From Macrostomum lignano (taxonomy: Eukaryota): 64,000 nucleotides of DNA. Below, piece by piece: positions 31,026 to 42,767 of the stretch (position 1 is its first letter; each line of letters starts with the position of its first letter). Location: contig NIVC01000209.1 in the NCBI GenBank assembly GCA_002269645.1, positions 1 to 64,000 of the forward strand. The letters are read 5' to 3'. The notes under the pieces were generated by a model. That model ran no database searches and had not been told where the DNA came from. It was given only the letters and a program-made list of their open reading frames with translations. The position numbers and the translations under genes were made by a program.

Positions 31026-33158
31026 TGATGTAACCACGCTCTGGTCGCGGGATAGGGCAGGGGAACTTTTTCAAAAGTGCCTCCTATCGCCGTGCACCCC
31101 CTGCACAGAGCTGTTGAGACTCGGCCAGGTCTCCGACCAGGCCTAGAGACTCCCGCTCTGCTGCACCCCCCCCCCTGCTGCCTTGGCTCCGTCTCCCCTG
31201 CCGCCACACTTGCCTTTCCAGAGCTCCCCCTCCCTCTTTGTACCTCCCCCTCTACCCTATCTCCTCTGCTTTCCGCCCTATTCTTCATGTACTTTTCCTG
31301 TCTCCCCTCTTTTTGCCCCTTTTCGCACTATTTTTCTGCGCTGTCCCCCCTTTCTCTGCGTCTACTTACAGTATTTTGTGCGCTCACCGCCACCCCATCC
31401 CTTCTCAAACTCCCAAACGGTGACGCAAGTCATGTGACCCCTTCTTCCCCTCGATGACTCATCGATGACTCATCCCCCCTCTCTTGCGCAACCTTTTCTC
31501 ATGCTATTGTTCTCCTCCCCAAATTTCTCATGGTTTTCTCTTTCTATTGTTCTCGTTTTCGCACCTAATTATCACCTTTTCTCCAATGTTTGCTTTTCTT
31601 TTGTTCTCGATTCTCCCCAATTATCCCCGATTTCCAATTCCTTTGTTCTGGACCCCAGCCCCATTGTTCTCAATATTTGTTTGCGCAACACTTTCTCGAC
31701 CTCCCGCTGCGCCAATTATCCCCCACCCCACCTCCGGATTGCGCAATTCTCCCATTTCTCATGTTGCTATGCCGTTCTCATGCTTCTCATCATGACTCAT
31801 TCTGACGTCATTCTGCCGGCAGCCAATCAGAGAGGGGGAGTCATGGAAACGACCTTGGAGCGGCGACCGGGAAGGCTATATAAGGAAGCGGTTTTCGGCA
31901 TGAGAATCCTCAGACGCGTTCCTTCTCGTCCTACTGTGGACTTGCTGTCAGACCTTGATCTGACCTATTCGCCTATAGGACGAACCTCTGCCGGTCCGCG
32001 GTCTGATACCGCCCAGTTACCTTAGCTCCCCAAGTGAGCTCGCCTATCGGCCAGCGGTCTGATACCGCCCAGCATCATCAGCATCGCCTGATCTACATCA
32101 GCGCCTCGTCGCTTCAGCGCATCGCCGCTTCACTGTCTGCCTGACTGCAGCCTACAGCCGCCCTCGGTCACTCCGCCTCTCTCCCCTCTGTGCAGCTGCC
32201 GGTAAGTTTCTATTACTAATTTGTGTTCTAATCGCCTTTGCTTATCCGGGGTTTGCCTATTTTGCCATTACTTGATTAGAGAGCTGAGCCAATTGTGATA
32301 CCGTATCTTTTGCTGTACTTTTACTCAATAGTGAAGCCGCCTAATTGCCTGATTATTTGCCTAAGGGCCTAATTATTAACTATTAACTAACCTCATCATT
32401 ATCCACTCTTTCACCATCATTTCACTCATGGCTTGCTAAGCCTTTCTCTCGGGGTGGCAAAGCATAAGGAAGTTTGGGTAAGCTAATGGCCTCTCCCCGT
32501 GCAAAGCCCAGTAGAGGCAGTAGAGGGGATTAGCGAGTCTTGGCACAGAATGGCAGTAGGAAGGTTGCAACCCCATGCTGACGCGTCCCTTCGCCCTGAG
32601 CAATCTAAATTATAGACAGCACATGTTCGTCTCATACTACTCTTAGTAATCAAAGTCGCAAGTCAGCCTCGCTCACAGTCACAAAGGATCCCCTGCTGAG
32701 AAATCCTCCAGATTGAGCCCAGAGTTCCCGATCATGCCCCAAGCAGAGTCCCTGTACTCGGCTGCATGTGTCTCCCCTGTTAGCCTAAATCCCCTGGTAA
32801 CCAATCCAGGCGGGGCTCTAGCCTCGAGAGGTCTGGTAGTAAGATCTAGGTGCGCCAGGTCACATAGAGTGGTGGCGAGTCTCATGCTTCGCCTTTCTCA
32901 GGCGAAGCCCATGGTATTCTAAAGTTACCATGACCGAGTGACCAACTATTGCACCTTGGCTACAGGCGGGGTCCATGTGGGTACTTGGCCCTCTGGTCAC
33001 AAAGCGCTACCAAAGCTATCAATCATGTGGACGGGACAGTCTGGTGCTGGAGGTCCGTCAGGTCATTGCCCGGTCATAGGCAGCCTACGGTCATTGCCCC
33101 CTCTGGTCATGCGTTCGTCTCTCAACGGAGCGGACAGGCGACAAGGGCGGTTACATCA
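31026..33158 (+). mobile_element. Solo-LTR-like element, copy 1 (2133 bp)
   Basis: Termini TGATGTAACC...GGTTACATCA; 4-bp TSD TTAG (31022-31025 and 33159-33162). CCAAT and TATATAA near 31877; donor-like CCG|GTAAGT near 32202. No long coding frame. Clearly homologous to 50401-52635. Confidence 0.88.
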
Positions 33159-33799
33159 TTAGTCTGAAATTAACATCCCTTAGGCTAATTTTAAGTATTC
33201 TAAAGTAATTTAAGAATTGATTTTTGGTCACCCTTTGTTGCGATTATTCACAAAACTTCTTAGTCATTTCATTTCAAACTTCAGAAAGTTCACAAATAAT
33301 GGCTAATTTAACACTATAATTCCTTGTAGATATGCGCAAAGAATTTATATCTAAAAAATTTGACAGCACAATGCAGTTGCGAGAGGTCAATTTAAGGTCA
33401 AGATTCGACCGCCTTTCAACTCTCTCCTCTCCTCATGCAGTTTCATTCATTAAAACAAATTTTAGCTATAGGGTTGCACAGCAGTGTTGTATATAGCATC
33501 AATGCTTCAAGAGCCAAATGAGCAATGCATTATATTTTTCGAGATTTTTGTACCCCATCAACCTCTCTTTCTGCGAGTAGCAGGTGTTTTGTTTATTCGC
33601 TCCGACGGAGCATTCTAGCTAGATTGAGCCTTATGATGCTCCACTAATGAGAAATGCTCTGCTGCAACCGTTAGTGTCTTCCAAAGCAGACTCCCGAGTC
33701 TTAGAGCCGGTTATGTTTACTCTTGCCACTAACAGGTCACACACCTGAAGCAGCACTCTCAAAGAAGTTGCCTCGCTAACAACAGCTCACCCATCAACA

Positions 33800-34232
33800 A
33801 GTCCCCATCAACAACAACTCCCCATCAACAACAACAAAAACTCCCCGTCAGTAAAAACAACTCCCCATCAACAACAGCAACTCTCCATCAACAACAGCAA
33901 ATCTCCATCAACAACAGCAACTCCCCATCAACAACAGCAACTCCCCATCAACAACAGCAACTCCCCATCAACAACAGCAACTCTCCATCAACAACAGCAA
34001 CTCCCCATCAACAACAGCAACTCTCCATCAACAACACCAACTCTCCATCAACAACACCAACTCTCTATCAACAACACCAACTCTCTATCAACAACACCAA
34101 CTCTCTATCAACAACAACAACTCTCCATCAACAACAACAACTCTCCATCAACAACACCAACTCTCCATCAACAACAACAACTCTCCATCAACAACAACAA
34201 CTCTCCATCAACAACAGCAACTCCCCATCATC
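33800..34232. repeat. Minisatellite, 20-bp unit (CCATCAACAACAGCAACTCT)
   Basis: About 20 tandem copies. Confidence 0.93.
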
Positions 34233-34969
34233 AGCAAACGTCTCACAAAGAACTGAATTCAAAGCAGCGCAATTAAAATCGTTACCGAGTGAGACTCACA
34301 ACGCGTGGATACAAAGAATGCTTTATTGAACTCCGCTCAGCATGAATACACTCTGATCAGCACCAAACGGTTACCGCTTGCTACAACAGCAAGCAGTAGG
34401 TGGAGAGGCAAAGAAATTGGTTATGCACTCGACACGCAAGCATTAAATTTAAACACGCGCGCACACGCAGATTAAAACAAATATATAGCAACGAGACTGT
34501 TGTTTTTCTAACAAAAATATAACAAATCATCAAGCCAGCAAGATTTAGTTGAAACCGAGTTGAATTAGGACATTTTTTTACACAGTTCTACACAGCTTAT
34601 CAATAAACATAAATACTACCAAAAAGCAAATAGACGAAGTGTTAACCCTGATTTGATTTGACAGTTTTTAGTAATGCAACAAGGGCGCGATACACAGGAT
34701 GAGATACTGAAAAATTTCTTTACAAACTGACTTGTCAACGCCGGGTCTCTCATCGTGCACAGGTGTAGTTATATCAGGTAGGATTATGATTGCTTTTAGC
34801 GGCAGCAGACATTAGAACTGGCAGTAAAGAAAATACAAATCATTCCACCCCACTCCACTTGAGTTGACGCGTGAGCTTTTTAAGCAAACTATTTAGCGAC
34901 AAAGTCGCGGGTTCGATTCCGTAGGGCTACTCACAGAGAGTGTACATGCCTATCAATGACATTGATATA

Positions 34970-35200
34970 GGGGGTTGTAGCCTAGTGATCGGAGAGTCGG
35001 ACTCACGATTTGAAGGTCAGGGGTTCGATTCCCGATCCCACTCGGAGCAATTTGTGTCCTTGAGCAAGACACACTTAAGTCTGCATTGCTTCAGCTCACC
35101 CAGCTGTAAAATGGGTGCCAGCATTATCTGGGATAATTGAGGCTGTGTGCGGCGACCCCCAGAGCCGCATCTCAACTCAAGTAGGGATCGCTAAGAATCT
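34970..35200 (+). mobile_element. tRNA-derived SINE with CORE-like central domain
   Basis: A-box-like TAGCCTAGTGATCGG at 34978 and B-box GGTTCGATTCC at 35022. These are followed by GTGTCCTTGAGCAAGACAC...CAGCTGTAAAATGGG, resembling the CORE/MIR-type conserved domain. Confidence 0.7.
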
Positions 35201-35206
35201 GGACAG

Positions 35207-38185
35207 TCACACTAGGGATTCCTGCTGATTCGCCAGTCGGAGCTCCAGCGGCTGGGGCAGCCGGGTTCGCGGCTTCGGCTGCTGCTGCTGCTGTTGCTGC
35301 TGCCTCGGACTGCTCAAAGCTGAGTTGGTTTCGCTTCGAGAAGCAGCAGCGCCTGCAGCCGTTGCCGCGGGTCCTCGCATTGGCGCGTGCCGGCTGGAGA
35401 AGTTCAACTGCCGCTGCTGCTGTCGACTTTGCCGGCCGCCAACCGTCGCCGAATCGAAGCTGTCCCGGGTGTGCAACCGGGACAACCGGTCGAATTCCTG
35501 ACGCCGGTGTCGGGCGGTTTCGTCTCCGTCTGGCTGGTGCCGATGGTGCTGATGATGGTGGTGCTGGTGGTGCTGGTGCTGGTGCTGGTGATTCGATGGC
35601 TGGTGCTTTGATGAAGATTCAAGGCCCAGCAGCTCCAAGCGAGTCTCTGAACTGGAACGCTTGCGGAATTTGGACTGACGCTGGAGCTGCTGGAGCTGCT
35701 GCTGCTGCTGATGCTGCGCAGCAGCCGACGTAGCCGCCGCTGCCGTCGAAGCCAACGAATTCGCTGGCACCGCTCGCACCGGTCTCGCTGCCGGCGAAGA
35801 CGATGCCGTTGTTGTTGATGCAGAAGATGCCGATGCGGACGCTGGAACTGACGGAGACGCGACTGTCGACACCAGCGGATGACGCGACTTGGACTCGGCT
35901 AGCGGATCGAATCCCGCCGGCAGCGGCTGCCGGCCCGACGTCCCCACCGACGCTGGCCGCCTGTTCATTCTGGCTGGCACCGGCGGCCGCTCCCGAGCAG
36001 GCGGCTTCGTCACCTCCTGGTAGGGCAGCTGCGGAGGTGGAATTGGCTTTCTTTGCGGCTTCTGCGGCGGCTGCTGCTGCGGCGCCCTGGACCGCTGACT
36101 TCGAGCCTGCCTTTTGATAGCGATATCGTACGGCGGCGGCTGCTGACGCTCAGGAATGTCAATGGGAGCTGCGGCTGCCGATCGACGATTGTCGTCAAGC
36201 TGCTGATCGCTGAGCTGCAGCCCGGAGTCCTTGGACAGGGAGGACAGCGACAGCGGCTCGGCGGCGTCCATCGCGGTTGGCCTGACTCCTTCGAGACTCT
36301 CCGTGGAGGACAGGTGCTCGTCAGTCTGGCAGATGTGAGTCACGAAATCGTTGAGGGCTCGTTCGTTCTGCCGGGGGTCCGGCCAGATTTCGTCGAAATT
36401 GGTGATCAACAGCTCGATGAGTTTGTTGATGCGCTGTGCGTCCTGCTCCATGCTGGCCAGGTTGATGTCCTGCTGGTCCTGCTCCAGCACGGAGAACGAG
36501 ACCGACCGGCCGATGTTCGCCGGGGTCATCTGGTTCTGCTCGTGATTGCTGGCAACTCGACGCAGTGCAGTCATCAGCATGTGCAACAGGTGGGCATTCT
36601 GCGGGTGCATCTGCTGGATGACGCTGCGGATTTCATCGGAAGCGGCCTTCGAGCTGAGCACGCCGTCCACTACGTCGCGTCCGATGCGGCTCCACTGGCC
36701 GAAGAGGTTCCTCTGCAGCAGGCAGCCGGGCAGATTCCTAAGGTAGTGCTTCAACGCGTCGCCAATGCAGTAGTCGCCGAAGCTGTTGAGCTGCGGCAGA
36801 TTGTCCGGCTTGGACAGATCGTACTGGCTCAGCAGCTGCAGCACCTGGTTCTTCTCGCTCACCGAGCCCGGCTGCCGGAAAATTCCTTTGGTGGCGTAGC
36901 AGCGGTGGTAGATCTGCGCCAGAAGGCACGTGACCGGACGCGACACCACGCCAGAGGGGAACAGCTCGGCCAGGGGCCGGCCGATTATTGGCGACGGCTC
37001 GCCGGACGAAGAGCCTCCACCGCCGATTCCGCCGCTGCTGCCGCCGCCCGACACTGTCAAAGCTTCCACTGAGGCCTGCCTGACCAGCTGCGACCGTCGG
37101 TTGCTGGAAATCCAGTTGCGAATTTTGCTGGGCACTTCAGACGCTCGACGGGACTGCTGCTGCTGCTGCTGCTGGTGCTGGTGCTTCTTCTTCTTGTTGG
37201 TCGAGCACACCCCGGCAGAGCAGGCGTCCTGCGAGTGCAGCGACAATCGAACCCGACAAGCTGTCGGCTGCTCAACGTCCAGATCCATCGAGTTCGACTC
37301 GTTCGGGCTGGTCGACGACGCCTCGGACATGACGCTGCCGCGCCGCCTCTCCGACTTGTGCTGCTCGTGAATGTGGTACAGCACGGCGGCGAAGATGGAC
37401 TCGCAGCCCACCATGCAGTGATTGCCGCTGGAGCCTTCCAGGCACAGCTGCGCTCTGAAGCTCGCATCGAGTTTAAACGCTGTTTTGCACTTTCGCGCCA
37501 CATCGTTAGCCGTCTCGTACGGCTTGACCGTCAGCGTCTGGACGGCGGCACCGGATGATGAGGCGGCGTCCGCTCCACCGGACGATGGCGACGGCGGATC
37601 GACGTAGACCTGGATGCAGCTGGCCAGGCTGACCTGGCACTGCTCGCTCGGCTCGGCGTCGTCGCCGTAGAGTCGACGCAGCGTCTCCAGGTTGACTTTC
37701 TGGAAGGCCAGCAGGAAGCGCTCCTTCTCGCTGCTGGTGCCGAAAGTGACAATCATGAGGTCAGTGTGCCAGCCTGCCAGCACCGCCAGGCTCTCGTCCT
37801 TGATCCGGTGGCTATCGCTGGGCACGTAGTCTGAGACGTTCCGTCGGACCCAAACGTAGTAGACAAATATCTTGGCCTTGATCTTGTCCTTCTTCTTTAG
37901 CTTGAGCTGGTCGCCTTGGAGCTGCAGCACCCTGTTGGACGGATCCTGATCGAAGTGCACCGGCTGACCTTTGGAGGACTTTTTGCGCGAATGAACGTCA
38001 ACCCGAGCCTCGAACAAGGTCTCGCCGGCGAGGTGTTCGTCCTCAGAAGAGCTGACGCATTCGCCGCTGGAGTCGCGCAGCAATCTGGAGGCGCCGCTGC
38101 CGCCAAACGACTTGGAGAATGCAGGCGTCTGCAGGTACTGCAGCTGCTGCTGATTCCGCCTGACTGTGACACCTGTGTCGTCCAT
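35207..38185 (-). CDS. Intronless Rho GTPase-activating protein (PH-like + Ras-association + RhoGAP; ARHGAP20-like architecture), ~992 aa
   Basis: RhoGAP motifs IIGRPLAEL, KGIFRQPG (Arg finger), ALKHYLRNLP, NAHLLHML and NQMTPANI. RA-like TLTVKPYETANDV. First in-frame ATG at 38185; poly-Q/His/Ser tail. Confidence 0.88.
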   Translation of the reverse strand: MDDTGVTVRRNQQQLQYLQTPAFSKSFGGSGASRLLRDSSGECVSSSEDEHLAGETLFEARVDVHSRKKSSKGQPVHFDQDPSNRVLQLQGDQLKLKKKDKIKAKIFVYYVWVRRNVSDYVPSDSHRIKDESLAVLAGWHTDLMIVTFGTSSEKERFLLAFQKVNLETLRRLYGDDAEPSEQCQVSLASCIQVYVDPPSPSSGGADAASSSGAAVQTLTVKPYETANDVARKCKTAFKLDASFRAQLCLEGSSGNHCMVGCESIFAAVLYHIHEQHKSERRRGSVMSEASSTSPNESNSMDLDVEQPTACRVRLSLHSQDACSAGVCSTNKKKKHQHQQQQQQQSRRASEVPSKIRNWISSNRRSQLVRQASVEALTVSGGGSSGGIGGGGSSSGEPSPIIGRPLAELFPSGVVSRPVTCLLAQIYHRCYATKGIFRQPGSVSEKNQVLQLLSQYDLSKPDNLPQLNSFGDYCIGDALKHYLRNLPGCLLQRNLFGQWSRIGRDVVDGVLSSKAASDEIRSVIQQMHPQNAHLLHMLMTALRRVASNHEQNQMTPANIGRSVSFSVLEQDQQDINLASMEQDAQRINKLIELLITNFDEIWPDPRQNERALNDFVTHICQTDEHLSSTESLEGVRPTAMDAAEPLSLSSLSKDSGLQLSDQQLDDNRRSAAAAPIDIPERQQPPPYDIAIKRQARSQRSRAPQQQPPQKPQRKPIPPPQLPYQEVTKPPARERPPVPARMNRRPASVGTSGRQPLPAGFDPLAESKSRHPLVSTVASPSVPASASASSASTTTASSSPAARPVRAVPANSLASTAAAATSAAAQHQQQQQLQQLQRQSKFRKRSSSETRLELLGLESSSKHQPSNHQHQHQHHQHHHHQHHRHQPDGDETARHRRQEFDRLSRLHTRDSFDSATVGGRQSRQQQRQLNFSSRHAPMRGPAATAAGAAASRSETNSALSSPRQQQQQQQQPKPRTRLPQPLELRLANQQESLV

Positions 38186-39284
38186 ATTTGCGAGCTTTTG
38201 GATGCTATGCCATATGAAACTCAGGTAAACTAATAGAGTGGCACTGCTAGCTGGGAGCCGTGCGCAGCTAGCAATAGTGGTATGAGAAGATCGACCTGTT
38301 TCTTTGCCTGGCTTTATTTTAACCAACTGCACACACACTCACACACAGAGGGCGAATTCGTCACCAGAGACCAAATCTGGTTCTACTCCGCTCAAGGTAT
38401 AGTCATTCGCCTTCTGCAGGGGCGGCGGGGGTCACGGAGTGAGGGGAGGGGTAGGGGAGGGGAGGGAGAGAGGGGGCAGAGTAGGCAGGAGAGTCGCAGT
38501 GCAGGTAAGAGAGAAATAGCCTGCGCCTTTGTGCGGCACAAATTCTCTCTCTCCTCTGCAGAAACGCGCCAGATTCTCTCAATAACCAGGTCGCCAGCTC
38601 GTGTATTGCGTCTCTCCTTACTGAACTAGCCCACCATGTAAAGGGCGCACACACCGCACACACACACATGCATAAGTGCCCTTCACCCCAGCACTTACCT
38701 CATATGTAGCTCAATATGTATATTGCCTTCCTGCTCCTAATTAGATTAAATGCGCAAAGCAAACTGAGCCGCGCTTAAACAGAAACCTACTAAGGACTAA
38801 GTAGTCCTTATTTGTTCGAATAACTAATATGAAGGCTCTATTGTCTTTAAAGCCATTCCACTGCCCTCGCAATGCAGATGGAAATTTTTCATTCAAGCTG
38901 AATGCAGACAGTACGTGATGCAAAAAGGTATTTTGAAAAAAAATTATGGCCCAATAAAGCTGCACTTTCCCTCATCTCTAACCGGAAATGTGTCCAGTGT
39001 CAGAACTAATGCCAGAACAAATCGCAATTTAATTTGGACACACAACAGATTAGATAACGAGAAAAAACTGGCTTAATTCAATTGTATGCTCACACAGCTT
39101 GTTGTTAAAAATAAAAATGACAAAATTTTGTGTCGGCAGTACACTGTAGAGAAAATAGAAATGCCTCACAAGAGCTACTAAATAGACATCGGAGTTCAAC
39201 TATGTAAATTATTGCACTGGAATGAACTCAATTAGGGTTGTAGCCAAATCTTTTTATTGAGGCGTCTTAGGTTGGGGCGCAGTT

Positions 39285-39856
39285 TCATTTTAGGGGGTGC
39301 CATTCTATTTCGGGGGGGGCGCCAGTCCATTTCAGGGGGCGCCATTCCGTTTCAGGGGGCGCCATTCCATTTCAGGGGTGCCAGTCCATTTCAGGGGGCG
39401 CCATTTCATTTCAGGGGCGCCATTCCATTTCAAGAGGTGCCATTCCATTTCAAGGGTTGCAATTCCATTTCAGGGGGTGCCATTTAATTTCAGGGGGCGC
39501 CATTTAATTTCAGGGGGCGCCATTCCATTTCAGGGGGCGCCATTTAATTTCAGGGGGCGCCATTCCATTTCAGGGGGCGCCATTCCATTTCAGGGGGCGC
39601 CATTCCATTTCAGGGGGCGCCATTCCATTTCAGGGGGCGCCATTCCATTTCAGGGGGCGCCATTCCATTTCAGGGGCGCCATTCCATTTCAGGGGCGCCA
39701 TTCCATTTCAGGGGCGCCATTCCATTTCAGGGGGCGCCATTCCATTTCAGGGGGCGCCATTCCATTTCAGGGGGCGCCATTCCATTTCAGGGGGCGCCAT
39801 TCCATTTCAGGGGGCGCCATTCCATTTCAGGGGGCGCCATTCCATTTCAGGGGGCA
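39285..39856. repeat. Minisatellite, 20-bp unit (CAGGGGGCGCCATTCCATTT)
   Basis: About 28 tandem copies. Confidence 0.93.
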
Positions 39857-40659
39857 CCAGAGGCACTGCAATACTTGCACTAGGCCGTGCACTTTCACCA
39901 AGCAACAGGGGCGCGGCCTGCCCCTCCCCCCTCTCGGCTACGCCATTGAACCCAGCGCAGCTCAAGTAGTTGGAGACTTCACCACTCCAGTGCTCCTGTG
40001 TGGGCGTACAGCACTTGAGTCAGCACCCACCCGGGTATCTTCCGACGCATTGATAAAATACACAGTACGCAAACGCACAGCTGCCTCAACTGCTACATGT
40101 ACCTATTATGTAGCTTAAGACAGACCTAAGCAATTATAAATGGAACAAAAACCCTCACACAAATATAAGTGCATAGCTACGGGGTGTGTAGCGAAAAAGC
40201 CCAAAGATGCGGTTCATTGCAATGCATTGAGCGAACTTTTCTATCCTAGTGGCAGAGTTGTTCTTAGAATTACGAGCTTGAGCACAGCGAGGCAACACAA
40301 TACTGAGCTAAAAAATTGAAGTTCTAACGATGTCGTTAGGACTGAGTCATATGAGCTGTGCCTACAGAGAAGATGAGCGCAAATATTTACATTGATGAGC
40401 TAGCTGTCGCTAATCGGAAACTAAGGCAGATGCTAAATGGCTGTGTTGTGTACACCGCATGCTAATGCTGCGCAAACGGTATGACTAAGCACTGGCGTCA
40501 TTGGGGCAACGATTGAAAGCAAGCGCAAGATGATTAAAGCAACAATGACAGGTGACTAATATAAGTGAATATAACAGATTACTAAACGAGGATGATAATA
40601 GATTAAGCTAGAAAAGCAAGGATGATAGATGCCTCATCCAAGACGACAGATGATTAAGC

Positions 40660-41448
40660 AATTAAGATAGATGACTAAGCGAGGATGATTGATAGATGAC
40701 TAAGCGAGGATGATTGATAGATGACTAAGCGAGGATGATAGATGACTAAGCGAGGATGATTGATGACTAAGCGAGGATGATTGATAGATGACTAAGCGAG
40801 GATGATTGATAGATGACTAAGCGAGGATGATAGATGACTAAGCGAGGATGATAAATGGCTAAGTGAGGACGATAGATGATCAAGCCGGGATGATAGATGA
40901 TTAAGCCAGTATGATAGATGACTAAGCGAGGATGATAGATGACTAAGCGAGGATGATAGATGACTAAGCGAGGACGATAGATGATCAAGCCGGGATGATA
41001 GATTATAAGCCAGTATGATAGATGACTAAGCGAGGATGATAGATGACTAAGCGAGGATGATAGATGACTAAGCCAGGATGATAGATGACTAAGCGAGGAT
41101 GATAGATGACTAAGCCAGGATGATAGATGACTAAGCGAGGATGATTGATAGATGACTAAGCGAGGATGATAGATGACTAAGCGAGGATGATAGATGACTA
41201 AGCGAGGATGATAGATGATTAAGCGAGGATGATAGATGACTAAACGAGGATGATAAATGGCTAAGTGAGGACGATAGATGATCAAGCCGGGATGATAGAT
41301 GATTAAGCCAGGATGATAGATGACTAAGCGAGGATGATAGATGACTAAGCGAGGATGATAGATGACTAAGCGAGGATGATAGATGATTAAGCCAGGATGA
41401 TAGATGACTAAGCGAGGATGATAGATGACTAAGCCAGGATGATAGATA
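40660..41448. repeat. Minisatellite, 21-bp unit (GATAGATGACTAAGCGAGGAT)
   Basis: More than 35 tandem copies; source of the spurious IYHPRLV/SSLSHLS ORFs. Confidence 0.93.
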
Positions 41449-41469
41449 ATTAAACAATTGTGTTAGATA

Positions 41470-42434
41470 CTTCGGGTGTGTCATAAGTAATGTCACTGCA
41501 GGCCTCTGTCTAAAATATGTAGGCACATGGATTTGTGGGTAGTGTAGCTGCAAAGTATACTTAGTGAAGCAATAGCAGTGCATTTCAGACGTGCATAGGT
41601 TGTTTATGGCCCAAGCTATCGCAAGAATACGCCAAGCAGATTTAGCAAGTGCAACGCGATGAAAAATCGTCTATGCAGCGAACAAAAATCACCATGAATC
41701 TCGACATGACGCCTGCAACAAGCAGATCCGCAAGGTGTTTAGCAGCCGGGGCTTGAATGACATCCTAAACTGCCTGGTTGCTGAGGATGAAAGCTGGCTC
41801 CACCTGGATGGCAAGGGCAGCAAGGCAGACAATCGCTGCTGGTTGGGAGCTGGGGACTTCAGGCCGATGGTGACTAGGAAGTCCATCTCGGACAAGAAGA
41901 CCATGCTGCTGGTAGCCTTCACGCCAAACAAACGAGTCTCCATCTGCACAACTCCACCGAACACCAAGGTCGATGGCCAGTACTTTATCGACTTTTTCCG
42001 GCACACTGGGGACCTCTGGTGCACTCTCCGGTCAAATCCATGTCACCTGGACGAGGTTCTGTGGCAGATGGACACCGCACGGCTGCACACCTGAAGGCTG
42101 TTTCGAATTTTCTGCCTGCACGGCAAGTGAATCTGCTCTGACAGTCCCTACAGCCCAGACTTCAACTTTTGCAAGAGATTCATGTTCAAATGGCTGAAGG
42201 CTGACTTTTCCAAGAAGAGTTTCGCAAACCATGAAGAGGTAAAACAGGCTGCGTTGCACTGGTTATGGCAGTTGGAGGAAAAACACCTGCAGGCTGAGGT
42301 GGACAAGCTGAGCACTGCCAGAGGGTGATTGTTATTGGGGGACTCTATGTTGTTGAGTGGTACAGTTTTGTTCATCTGCGATTGCAAGTTCGTCTGTTTT
42401 CACATCAGTGACATTACTTATGACACACCCGAAG
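41470..42434 (+). mobile_element. Internally deleted mariner (Tc1/mariner) DNA transposon
   Basis: 29-bp TIR CTTCGGGTGTGTCATAAGTAATGTCACTG at both ends; TA TSD (41468-41469 and 42435-42436). Transposase remnants AEDESW, WQMDTARLH and PYSPDFNFC; no N-terminal HTH. Confidence 0.93.
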
Positions 42435-42767
42435 TATTTAGGCCAGGAAGACAGAGGATTAAATGATCAAGCACATAAAAGCCCTAGACGATTCGGATCG
42501 GATGCCGATAAATGATGCACTGAATTTGCACCGCAAAGGTAGGCAGTAATTTCATCAACACACAAAACTCCACAAACTCATTCACTCTAAGTAAATTTGT
42601 GACGTGGGTCTGGCCACACAAAAGGCTTGTACAAATGCACTCGTGTCTACATCTAGCAAAATAAACGCAAAACACTGCGCAGTTATAGTTAACATTTTGC
42701 ATTCTAAGCGCCAATTTAAATTGTGGCCGGTTTCTTAAGGTTGCACTATAATTAAAATACGCAGTTA

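Noticed and set aside
34970-35045. tRNA gene
   Set aside because: A and B boxes are present, but I could not form a clean cloverleaf and the sequence continues into a SINE body.
35362-38233. Numerous + strand and alternate-frame ORFs over the RhoGAP gene (e.g. 36053-37072)
   Set aside because: They are shadow ORFs of a GC-rich coding sequence. The same applies to antisense ORFs over pPolB, MCP, the SLC26 genes and ABCB8.
39235-39950. MITE with GGCTACGCCATTG end enclosing the 20-bp array
   Set aside because: The left end matches only weakly and no TSD was found.
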